Positions 1 to 8,725 of a stretch of 64,000 bases of DNA are shown piece by piece (within the stretch, counting starts at the first letter, position 1; each line of letters starts with the position of its first letter). The stretch spans positions 64,001 to 128,000 of the forward strand of contig JANVYR010000002.1 of NCBI GenBank assembly GCA_030059665.1, given 5' to 3'. This DNA comes from Candidatus Calditenuis fumarioli (GTDB lineage Archaea; Thermoproteota; Nitrososphaeria_A; Caldarchaeales; Calditenuaceae). The translations under genes were made by a program, and so were the position numbers. A model generated the notes under the pieces. It made no database searches, was not told the origin of the DNA, and was given only the letters and a program-made list of their open reading frames with translations.

Positions 1-90
1 GTCCAGGCCCTGAGGGACTACTTCGGCCGGCACGGCTATCAGAGGACCGACATGCCCGGGACCTTCACGTCCGACTGGGGTCGAGGGTAG
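1..90 (+). CDS. gnd: C-terminal fragment of a long-type 6-phosphogluconate dehydrogenase (partial, runs off window)
   Basis: Frame 1 reads VQALRDYFGRHGYQRTDMPGTFTSDWGRG*, resembling the GndA tail QAQRDYFGAHTYER.D..G.FHT.W; stop overlaps the next GTG start. Confidence 0.65.
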   Translation, partial: VQALRDYFGRHGYQRTDMPGTFTSDWGRG

Positions 91-1064
91 TGGAGGTCTG
101 GGTGCCCTGGCGCGACACCGAGCTGCTCCTCGAGCTCCCCGGTGAGGCCCTGGTAGACCTGATGGACCCTCCCGAGCCGGATCCTTCGTCGGTCAGGAAC
201 GACCCGCTCACCGACCGCAATTTTCCGGTCGCGTTGCTCGACGTGACCTTCGCGTCTCCGGGCTCGATCGGAACGCTGGTCAGGAGGTGCCCGGCCGAGG
301 AGACCTACGTGATATCTTGGGCGGACCTGGAGTCGCCGAGCTCCGGCACGGAGCTGAGGAGGGCCGCGGAGGTCGAGGGCGCTCTTCCGGTGACGGACGT
401 CAATGGGCTCTCGGCGCTGAGGGAGAGGGTTGCGCGCTCCGGCGAGCTCCTGCTGGTGGCTCCCTCCGTGGCCTCGCTGGTCCACGCCCTCGATGACCGA
501 TCGCTGGCTGAGTCCGTCTGCGTCACCCTCGGCATCGGCCCGGAGGAGGTGAGGGTGGAGGTCCTCAGGTACCTCGTCGACCAGAGGGGCGAGTTCACCG
601 GCTTCACCGGTCAGGGCCCGCAGGTCCAGGAGCCCGAGAGGGGATACGACCTGGTGGTCTGCTCTCCCGGCGGCAGGCCCTTCGACAGGACGCTCGTCGG
701 GTCGCTCCTGGTGGCTCTCGCAGCGTCGCGCCTCTCCGCCGACGGACGGGTTCTGGGGGTCGTCTGCGGGTGCGAGGAGGGCTTCGGGTCGAGGCTCGCG
801 CTGGACGGAATGATCCGCGGATCCGGTGAGGGGATCAACGGCGTCTACGCGCTTCTGGCCTCCAGGTTCGTGGAGGAGAGGTCGAGGGTCAGGATCCTGA
901 CGAACGCGCCCCTTCCCCGAGCAGTCGTCCAGGAACTCCTGGGGATCCGGCAGGCGTCGAGGGTAGACGACTTAGTTCATGCGGCGACGCGGTTCGTCGG
1001 CAGGGAGATCAGGGTTGCCGTGCTCAGGAGGGCCGCTCTCGGCTTCCGGCTCCCTTCTCAGTGA
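90..1064 (+). CDS. Lactate racemase (LarA/DUF2088)-like protein, degenerate active site
   Basis: N-terminal VPWRDTELLLELP and C-terminal DLVVCSPGGRPFDRTL and VCGCEEGFG resemble LarA domains; catalytic motifs not recognisable. Confidence 0.55.
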   Translation: MEVWVPWRDTELLLELPGEALVDLMDPPEPDPSSVRNDPLTDRNFPVALLDVTFASPGSIGTLVRRCPAEETYVISWADLESPSSGTELRRAAEVEGALPVTDVNGLSALRERVARSGELLLVAPSVASLVHALDDRSLAESVCVTLGIGPEEVRVEVLRYLVDQRGEFTGFTGQGPQVQEPERGYDLVVCSPGGRPFDRTLVGSLLVALAASRLSADGRVLGVVCGCEEGFGSRLALDGMIRGSGEGINGVYALLASRFVEERSRVRILTNAPLPRAVVQELLGIRQASRVDDLVHAATRFVGREIRVAVLRRAALGFRLPSQ

Positions 1065-1106
1065 AGGGGCCGCAAGAGGGTGATCCCTGCGCCCTTCCCT
1101 TTCCTT

Positions 1107-2189
1107 TCAGCCCAGAGGTATCGGGAACCACATGACGACGAACGTGACCAGCAGCATCCCCAGCGCTCCGATCAGCGCCAGCTTCCTCCCCCTCGAGAGC
1201 GGCGATACGTTGTCCAGCACCGGAATGTCCACGGGGTTCCTCATCAGCAGCAAGAGCAGGATCGCGAAGAAGAAATAGCCCGTGAGCAGCAGGATCCCAA
1301 CGGATGCGTAGGACGCGATCAGGTGACCCCTCCTCGAGAGGAAGCTCCTGAAGACGCGGCCGCCGTCGAGCTGCCAGATCGGCAGGAGGTTCAGGCTCGT
1401 CACCACCATGCCCAGCCAGGCCGCGAAGCCGAAGGGCGGGAAGATCGGCACGAGGTTTCCCCTGCCCATGAGCAGGTCGAAGAGGTGGAAGACCAGCGGA
1501 GCTCCCAGGACCGCAACCCTCCCCTCCTGGACGAGCCTCGCCACCTCCTCCGGAGGCACCCAGGTCGCAGAGGCGTAGGAGAGGTACGTCACGAACAGGG
1601 CCACCGCGAAGCCGGCGACCGGCCCGCTGATCCCGAGGTCGAAGAGGTCGTCCCTGTTGACGATGGGGCCACGCTGGAAGATCACCGCGCCGAAGGTCGG
1701 CAACGTCCCCGGGATGCCCGGGATGAAGTAGGGCAGGCTCGTGTCGATGCCGTCGATCCTCGCAGAGACCTTGTGGCCGAGCTCGTGGATACCGACGATC
1801 GCCATCACGGCGGCCGCGTAGACGGCGGCGCTGAAGAGGGGGTCGTTGAACGGCGGCCTGAGGAGGTCTGAACCGCCCAGCGACCTGAGGTAACCGTCCG
1901 CAAAGGTAGTAGCTATCGTGATCAGCAGAAGCACCAGCGGCGTCGCGGTCCTCCTCCACCCCATCCCCTGCAGCCGGTAGACCCTCAGCTTCACTCCCAG
2001 CTCGTCCTGCTCCGATATCGGAACGTATCCCGTCCTGGAGAGCTCCCGGTACAGCGACTTGAAGCCCTCCTTGATCTCGGCCTCCGCCACCCGGAACGTG
2101 AGGCTCCCGCCCTCGTAGTAGACGTCCGTGACGGTGAAGTGCCTCGAGACGACCTCCTTCAGGGCCTCGACCTCATGTGGCTGCTCCAA
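1107..2189 (-). CDS. Site-2 protease (M50) membrane metalloprotease
   Basis: HELGH zinc motif, AGPVAG-like segment, LNLLPIWQLDGG motif, multiple TM helices. Confidence 0.9.
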   Translation of the reverse strand: MEQPHEVEALKEVVSRHFTVTDVYYEGGSLTFRVAEAEIKEGFKSLYRELSRTGYVPISEQDELGVKLRVYRLQGMGWRRTATPLVLLLITIATTFADGYLRSLGGSDLLRPPFNDPLFSAAVYAAAVMAIVGIHELGHKVSARIDGIDTSLPYFIPGIPGTLPTFGAVIFQRGPIVNRDDLFDLGISGPVAGFAVALFVTYLSYASATWVPPEEVARLVQEGRVAVLGAPLVFHLFDLLMGRGNLVPIFPPFGFAAWLGMVVTSLNLLPIWQLDGGRVFRSFLSRRGHLIASYASVGILLLTGYFFFAILLLLLMRNPVDIPVLDNVSPLSRGRKLALIGALGMLLVTFVVMWFPIPLG

Positions 2190-2238
2190 CTCCTATCCAT
2201 CCCGGTGGTTTAGGTACGGACCTCCCGGGCAGACGGCC

Positions 2239-3138
2239 TCAGGCCCCCTCTTCGGCGGACTTGAATACCTCGAAGATCTCGTCGTCGTCCACCAGCAGCT
2301 TCAGCTCCTCGAAGTCGACCTTCTCTCCCCTCGAGAGCTTCTCCAGTGCCTCCCGCTTCTTACGCTCCTTTATCGCCGAGATCCTCCGCTTCAGGTACTC
2401 CTCGCGCTCAGCCCTCAACGCCCTCCGGAGGTCGAAGACCCTCGACGCGAGCAGGATCACCTCGGCCTCGTAGCGGTCCCAGACGTTCTTCACCTGCGTG
2501 TACTTCTGCCTGACCTCGTCCAGCTCCGCCTTGAGCATGTCGTACCGTGCGTTGAGCGAGTTCAGCTCAGAGGTTATCGCGGAGATCCGGTTGTTGAGCT
2601 CCTCGAGCTCCGCCCTCTTCTCGTCGAGCGCCCTCTTCTTCGCCTCTATCTCCGGGTACATCTTGAGGAGCTCCTCGTTGATCCTGAGGGCCCTCTCGTA
2701 CTCGTTCAGCATCGCCTCCAGCCTCGAGGCCTCCTCGAAGAGCCTCCTCTCCTCCTCCCTTCTCACCCTGTGCGCTGCCAGGTACAGGTCGATCTCGTCC
2801 AGCCGCTTCCTGATCCGCTCCACGTCGATCCTCTTCAGGGTCCCCTTGATCTCGCCGCGCTTGCTCCTCACCTCGAAGACCGCGTTCAGCAGCTCCTCCC
2901 TGAGCCTCCTCACCTCGCCCCTCAGCTGCCTCGCCTTCTCGAGCAGGCTGATCTTCTCCGCCTTCAGCTCAGCAACCCTCTCCCTGATCCGCTGGAGCTC
3001 GTCCCGCAGGGCGTTACGGCGCTGGTGGTACTCGAGGGCCTCGGCCTTCACCTCGGCGATCTTGTCCTCCAGCTCCCTGATGCGCTCCCTGATCGCGTAG
3101 ATCTGGTCCTCGATCGATCCGCTCTCGGTACCGCTCAT
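2239..3138 (-). CDS. Archaeal coiled-coil protein (COG1340-like)
   Basis: Continuous E/K/R/L heptad pattern ending in KLSRGEKVDFEELKLL; ATG at 3138 overlaps the GTPase stop. Confidence 0.7.
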   Translation of the reverse strand: MSGTESGSIEDQIYAIRERIRELEDKIAEVKAEALEYHQRRNALRDELQRIRERVAELKAEKISLLEKARQLRGEVRRLREELLNAVFEVRSKRGEIKGTLKRIDVERIRKRLDEIDLYLAAHRVRREEERRLFEEASRLEAMLNEYERALRINEELLKMYPEIEAKKRALDEKRAELEELNNRISAITSELNSLNARYDMLKAELDEVRQKYTQVKNVWDRYEAEVILLASRVFDLRRALRAEREEYLKRRISAIKERKKREALEKLSRGEKVDFEELKLLVDDDEIFEVFKSAEEGA

Positions 3139-3896
3139 CTCAGCTCGTCCTCCCCCTCTCCGAATAGCCGGGTTATAGCCATGTGCAGGGCGGGGAAGCC
3201 CTCGAGCGTCTTGGAGGAGAGCATGACGTACGGGATCATCGAGCGTATCTCCCCCACGGCCCTTGCCACCTCTCGGGCCATCAGCATCGTCACGCTCCCG
3301 GCGCTCAGCTCCAGGTCCTGCTCGAAGTACTCCTGGGACTCCATCCACCGGGCGATGCGCTTCATGTGCCTCGGCGGCACGATGTCGATCTTCGTCACGG
3401 CCATCATCATCGGCATCGAGAACCTGAGGAACACGGAGGCGGCCAGGAACATCGACGCTGCGAAGGACCTAGGGCCGCTGGCCAGCACCGGATCGACCAG
3501 GTACGCGATGGCTCCCCTCTCGAGGGTCAGGGCCTTCGCGATCATCGGGCCCTCCTTCCTGAAGGCGAAGATCTCCATCTGCCCCGGTGTGTCGACCAGG
3601 ACGTAGTCCACGGCGAGGTCCCTGATCTCGTCGACCAGAACGTCCAGGTTCCTGGCCACCTCCCTGATGGAGTAAATCAGGGCCGAGTTCGGCCCCACGC
3701 CCCTGACGGCCATTATCTGCTCGTAGTCCACCAGCTCCCTCACGTCGACGTCGGGCTCATAGGGAAGGCTCAGCACCGCCGGATCGAGGTTCACCGTTGC
3801 GACCGACTGCTCGTTCTCCTTAAGCCAGTCCGCCAGCGCTGAGGTCAGCGTGGACTTCCCTGAGGAGGCCGTGCCGATCAGGAATATCGTCCTCAA
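3135..3896 (-). CDS. GPN-loop GTPase
   Basis: GTASSGKST P-loop, VNLDPA, GPN motif (GVGPNSAL), DTPGQME, TKID. Confidence 0.92.
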   Translation of the reverse strand: MRTIFLIGTASSGKSTLTSALADWLKENEQSVATVNLDPAVLSLPYEPDVDVRELVDYEQIMAVRGVGPNSALIYSIREVARNLDVLVDEIRDLAVDYVLVDTPGQMEIFAFRKEGPMIAKALTLERGAIAYLVDPVLASGPRSFAASMFLAASVFLRFSMPMMMAVTKIDIVPPRHMKRIARWMESQEYFEQDLELSAGSVTMLMAREVARAVGEIRSMIPYVMLSSKTLEGFPALHMAITRLFGEGEDELR

Positions 3897-3986
3897 CCGC
3901 CCATCCCTGATACTCTTGGTTCATAAGGGTGAGCCGAGCGCGGCCTTCGGCGCGGTGTTATATCCCGCTGCGCTCCTCGGTCCGCG

Positions 3987-4541
3987 GTGTCCTCAAAAGC
4001 CGACCTCTTCGAACGGGCCGCTCGCCGGAACGGGATCTCGGTCCTCAGGGTCCATCGGCGTGACGAGTTGGTGGACGCGATCGCCTCGCTGGCCAAGGGC
4101 GGTGACCCGGTGGTCCTGGGAGGAGAGCTCTCGTGGCTTGAGCACCACCTCGGTCGCAGAGGTCTACGCGTGGTGCTGGCGGACGAGACGGAGCCGGTGG
4201 AGCTGCTGTCGGGGCCAGGCGCCGTCGCGGTCAGGGTAGCTTCCGGCGCCCTCCCGGAGACCGGAAGCGTGCTCCTCACCGGAAGCTTCAGGGTCCAGCT
4301 CATCACCACCCTCTCCGAGCGACTTTTGGTGCTGCTCGACGCCGATCTGCTCGAGCGGGGGATCCTGGTGGGCGACTTGATGAGGTCTGCCGTCAGGAGA
4401 GGAGGCCCACTCTACATCATCTCCGGTCCCAGCTCTACGAGGGACATCGAGCACCTTTCGGTCATCGGCGCCACGGGCCCGAGGGAGGTCACCTGTTTGC
4501 TGGTCCAGGTCGGTGAGCCATGGGCCTCGATCGCTCCGTGA
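3987..4541 (+). CDS. lutC: LutC/YkgG (LUD domain) lactate utilisation protein
   Basis: LPETGSVLL and IISGPSSTRDIE...GATGPRE motifs; directly upstream of the LutB-like gene. Confidence 0.8.
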   Translation: MSSKADLFERAARRNGISVLRVHRRDELVDAIASLAKGGDPVVLGGELSWLEHHLGRRGLRVVLADETEPVELLSGPGAVAVRVASGALPETGSVLLTGSFRVQLITTLSERLLVLLDADLLERGILVGDLMRSAVRRGGPLYIISGPSSTRDIEHLSVIGATGPREVTCLLVQVGEPWASIAP

Positions 4542-6592
4542 GAGAGGTCCTCAGGGACAGGGGCAGGGTCGACCTCCTCTGGCGGGTCTTCCTCGAGACC
4601 CGTGACGCGCGGAGGGCCGGGATGTCCTCGATCGGAGGGGAGCTGCCGGAAAGGGTCATGCGGATCAGGGAGCGCTCGCTCGCTAACCTCGGGGAGCTGC
4701 TGGAGGAGCTGAGGGCCTCCGTAGAACGGAGCGGTGGCCGCCTTCACCTCGTCCGGAACGGGCGAGAGGCCTGTGAGGTCGTCCACGGCGTCCTGACGAG
4801 GAGGGGCATCAGGAGGCTGATGAAGTCGAAGTCGATGACCAGCGAGGAGATCGGCCTGAACGGTTACCTCGAGTCGAGGGGCATCGAGGTGCTGGAGACG
4901 GACCTGGGTGAGAGAATCGTGCAGCTCGCACGTCAGAGGCCCTCCCACCTCCTCGGCCCTGCCCTCCACCTCAGCAGGCAGGAGGTCTCGAGGATCCTCT
5001 CGTCCTGGATCGGGCGTGACCTCGGTTCGGATCCGAGGGGCGTGGTGGCGGCGTTCAGGGACGCGATCAGACGTTCCGTCCGTGGGTTCGGTGCAGGACT
5101 CACAGGGGCCAACGCGATCGACTCTGAGACGGGTGCGGTCGTAGTGGTTACCAACGAGGGGAACGAGCAGCTCGTTATCGGTATGGCCGAGGTCGTGATC
5201 TGCGTGGCAGGCATCGAGAAGGTGGTCCGTGGGATAGAGGCGGCGATAGACCAGGCGATGCTCCAGGCTTTCAGCGCAACCGGCAGGCCTCCTTCCTTCC
5301 TCACCGTCTACGGCCCCTGGGCTTCGGCCGAGGGAAAGGAGTTCCACCTCGTGCTGGTCGACAACGGGAGGCTCAGGGCCCTCGGCGACAGGCGGTTGAG
5401 GGAGGGGCTCAGGTGCGTCCGCTGCGCAGCGTGCTACAACGTCTGCCCCACCTACCGCACCGTTGGGGGTCACGTCTTCGGGGGAACCTACACCGGCCCG
5501 ATCGGCGTCTTCTGGGAGGCGGTCACGAGAGGACCGGATGCGGCCAACGAGTTCTCGGACCTCTGCGTCTCGTGCGGCCTCTGCGCCCTCGAGTGCCCCG
5601 TCGGGATCAGGATACCGCTGCTGATATCCCTCGTCAAGTCGATGCGCAGGGACCATCGCCTGAGGGACTGGTTGGTCGCCACCGGATACGAGCGCTTCGC
5701 CATCATCGGTTCGAGGCTTCCGGGCTTCGTCAACTGGATCTCAAGAAGCAAGACCTTCAGGGCGCTGCTCGAGCTGGTTGCAGGCGTTGACAGATCGAGG
5801 CCTCTTCCCCGGTTCAGGGGAGGTGACCTCCACCAAGTGTTGGAGCGGACGGACCGCACGGCCGCCTCACCGCTCGGCGAGGTCGTCTACTTCCCCGACA
5901 CGTTCGCGCAGCTCGTCGACTGGCGCATAGGCCTCGGTGCGGTTGAGCTCCTGAGGACGTTCGGGTACCGGGTGATCGTCCCCAGGCTTCAGGGGTCCGG
6001 GATGCCCTTCGTCCAGTACGGTTTCCTGAGAGCGGCCGCTTCGAGGGCGAGGTTCCTGGTCGACGCGCTTTACCCCCACGTCGAGTCCGGTAGGGTCGTG
6101 GTCACGACGGAGCCGACCGCAGCCTACTGCCTCAGGGAGGTATACCCGTGGCTCCTCGGCGACGAGAAGTCCGCGAGGGTCGCGTCGGCGGTCCGGGACC
6201 TGATCGCCTTCCTCTCAGAACACCTCGAACGCTCCCTTGACCCTGAGGGGCCTCTGAGGGGCCTTAGGGCGTACTACCACGTGCCGTGCCACGCAAGGGG
6301 CACAGGTGCAGAGGAGGTCACGTCGCGCCTGCTCGGGATGGCCGGGCTGGAGGTCGTCTCGGAGGACCTCGGATGCTGCGGAATGGCAGGGACTTGGGGG
6401 TTGAGGTCCGGTGCCTCGAGGTCTGGTCTCAGCGTCGAGATAGGGAGGAGGGTCGCGGGCAGGATAGCGGGTCACAGGCCCGACGTGATCGTCACCGAGA
6501 GCAGCGTCTGCTCGCTCCAGCTCTCGCGCCTCACCGGCCTTCCGGTCCTTCACCCCGTCACGGTGATGACGAGCTCTCTGAGGTCGGAGTGA
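4520..6592 (+). CDS. lutB: LutB (LUD + 4Fe-4S) fused to C-terminal CCG domains (LutA/GlpC-like)
   Basis: KSKSMTSEEIGLN, ETDLGERIVQL, CVRCAACYNVCP, CVSCGLCALECP, YYHVPCH and CCGMAGTWG. Confidence 0.88.
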   Translation: MGLDRSVREVLRDRGRVDLLWRVFLETRDARRAGMSSIGGELPERVMRIRERSLANLGELLEELRASVERSGGRLHLVRNGREACEVVHGVLTRRGIRRLMKSKSMTSEEIGLNGYLESRGIEVLETDLGERIVQLARQRPSHLLGPALHLSRQEVSRILSSWIGRDLGSDPRGVVAAFRDAIRRSVRGFGAGLTGANAIDSETGAVVVVTNEGNEQLVIGMAEVVICVAGIEKVVRGIEAAIDQAMLQAFSATGRPPSFLTVYGPWASAEGKEFHLVLVDNGRLRALGDRRLREGLRCVRCAACYNVCPTYRTVGGHVFGGTYTGPIGVFWEAVTRGPDAANEFSDLCVSCGLCALECPVGIRIPLLISLVKSMRRDHRLRDWLVATGYERFAIIGSRLPGFVNWISRSKTFRALLELVAGVDRSRPLPRFRGGDLHQVLERTDRTAASPLGEVVYFPDTFAQLVDWRIGLGAVELLRTFGYRVIVPRLQGSGMPFVQYGFLRAAASRARFLVDALYPHVESGRVVVTTEPTAAYCLREVYPWLLGDEKSARVASAVRDLIAFLSEHLERSLDPEGPLRGLRAYYHVPCHARGTGAEEVTSRLLGMAGLEVVSEDLGCCGMAGTWGLRSGASRSGLSVEIGRRVAGRIAGHRPDVIVTESSVCSLQLSRLTGLPVLHPVTVMTSSLRSE

Positions 6593-6741
6593 GCGCCTCC
6601 GGAAGCCTGCTGCGGCTGCTCCGCGCGACTGATGCGAAGTCCTCCATTGACAACGGACGTCGAGCCGCGCAAACGGTCAACGTCATCGAGCTGCCGACCA
6701 AGGCTAATCAACTGGCATCCGATCCGGGACCCAGCAGGAGC

Positions 6742-8346
6742 ATGATCTCTCCCGGCGTCGCAGCACTGATCGTCCTGCTCTCCGTCGTCGTGCTCTCCGT
6801 CCGCTATAGACCCGACTTGATGGCCTTCGTGGGGCTTATCGTGCTGGTGCTGTTGGGCTCCTACGACCTGGAGTCAGCGCTCTCGTTCCTGGTCAGTCCT
6901 GCAGTTGTCGTGCTGTTCGGTTCCATGGCGATAAGCGGTGTTATAGCTGACTCGGGTCTGCTGGAACTGGTTTCCAGGGCGACGGTCAAGAGGATCCGGA
7001 GGATGGTGTTGGTATCGCTGCTGCTCTACTTCGTGATGGCACTGGCCGCTGGCTTCATCTCCGACGTCGCCCTGGTCCTGGTGGTCCTCCCCCTTCTCAT
7101 CGACGTGGCCAGGAGGTTCAACGTCCCGGCCGCATCATACGCGCTGTCCGCCGCGTTCGCGGTCACGCTGGGCGGCAGGCTGACCATGATAGGTAACGCG
7201 GGAAACGTCGTCCTCCTGGACGTATACAGGCTCAACACGGGCCAGAGCCTCGACATCCTGGCCTTCACGGTGCCCGCGCTGATCACCGTTCTGCTGGCCA
7301 TTCCCCCTCTGGTCGTGCTGGCGTGGTCCGCGCAGAGGCTGATGCCGCAATTCCGAGCCCCAAGCAAGAGCGTGGTGGTCATGGCGGTGCTGGGCAAGAG
7401 CCTTCACGGCAGAAGCAGGCGGGAGGTGGAGAGGGAGCTCGGGATCAAGTTCCTGGCGCAGGACAGAACGTTGAGGGAGGGCGATCTCGTCCCCATCAAG
7501 CTGTCGGTGTCGGACATCCCATCCCTACAGGTCTCCGACGCGTTCTCCCTGGTGACGTTGGGAGAGGCGGGGGGCGAGCACATGGAGTTCCTTATAGTGA
7601 CGCAGCGGTCGAGGCTTGTCGACAAGAGTCTTTCCATGGAGCCGATCCACAAGCTCTTTCCGGTCAAGGTGATGGGAGTAGTTCCGAGCAGACGCATCAA
7701 ATACCTCGAGGGTTACGTCTTCAGGCCGGGAGACGAGCTGCTGGTGATGGGCGATGAGAAGGCAGTGGAGTCCGTCGCCTCCTACTACAGGCTCGAGCGC
7801 TCAAGGGCCCCTGTCAAGTCCTTCAACCTGAGGCTCGCCGCCTTCGGGATAGGTGGTCTGGCGCTGGCGGTTCTGCTGAGCCAGTTCACGTCGACCGCCC
7901 TGGCCTTCGCCCTCGGCACACTGCTGGCGCTGCTGGGAGGGGGCAGAGCCGTCGAGAGGCTCTACAACTACGTTTCGTGGGAGACGCTGATCTACGTCGG
8001 TGCCTTCATCGCGATCGGTCAGGTGGCCTCCGAGGCCGACCTCCTCAGACCGCTGGCGTCGCTCCTCTCCCGTCCGGAGCAGCTCTTCGCGGTCACGGTC
8101 CTTTTCACCAACGCGCTGGGCCTCGTCCCCTCGGCCGTCCTGTTGGGACCGCTCCTCTCGTCCAAGGAGGCGATAAAGGTGTACGTTCTGGCGACGCTCC
8201 CCATGGTTTTGCCCTTTGCCCATCCCGCGATATACCTGGCCTACAGGACCCTGGGGATCACCTTCAGGGACTTCCTGAAGTTCTCGTTGCCCGCGACGGC
8301 GATCTCCGCCCTCGTGACGCTGCTCGTGATCTCATACCCCGTCTGA
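6742..8346 (+). CDS. SLC13/CitT-type anion permease with TrkA-C-like central domains
   Basis: Hydrophobic helices, FISDVA and TLGGRLTMIGNAGNVV motifs, central soluble region with FRPGDELLVMG; start uncertain (frame also open from GTG 6589). Confidence 0.8.
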   Translation: MISPGVAALIVLLSVVVLSVRYRPDLMAFVGLIVLVLLGSYDLESALSFLVSPAVVVLFGSMAISGVIADSGLLELVSRATVKRIRRMVLVSLLLYFVMALAAGFISDVALVLVVLPLLIDVARRFNVPAASYALSAAFAVTLGGRLTMIGNAGNVVLLDVYRLNTGQSLDILAFTVPALITVLLAIPPLVVLAWSAQRLMPQFRAPSKSVVVMAVLGKSLHGRSRREVERELGIKFLAQDRTLREGDLVPIKLSVSDIPSLQVSDAFSLVTLGEAGGEHMEFLIVTQRSRLVDKSLSMEPIHKLFPVKVMGVVPSRRIKYLEGYVFRPGDELLVMGDEKAVESVASYYRLERSRAPVKSFNLRLAAFGIGGLALAVLLSQFTSTALAFALGTLLALLGGGRAVERLYNYVSWETLIYVGAFIAIGQVASEADLLRPLASLLSRPEQLFAVTVLFTNALGLVPSAVLLGPLLSSKEAIKVYVLATLPMVLPFAHPAIYLAYRTLGITFRDFLKFSLPATAISALVTLLVISYPV

Positions 8347-8725
8347 CCGGCCGCATCCCCTCCTGACGCCAGAACCCGATCGATCTGAGACCTCTAGGTG
8401 GGTCTCGGAGGTGCCGGGAAGGTTGACGCTCCCCTGCAACTGAGCTAGCTTAACAATCGCTTTCGTCCGATCTGACCGTCACCATGAGGTCGTATAGTTG
8501 GTGTAAATTTTAAGGCGACCCAGACGACCGGAATCATGTGGGTCTTACGTCCAAGAGGCTAAGTAAAATTCGAGGGCTCTGCTCCCGATCGCGTTGAGAA
8601 GAGACCCTCCGGGACCCCCTCATCCGGTCTGCGGTTTAGCCGCCATCAACCGCTCAAGGACAGTATCGCCTGCGTCTCCCCTTCCTGAACCAAAACCTCC
8701 TTCAGTAGCTTGGACACTAACTCAC

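Noticed and set aside
8421-8436. 14/16 reverse-complement match to the 26-bp repeat at 49306
   Set aside because: A rough estimate puts such a match near chance level for a 64-kb GC-rich window, and it does not extend.
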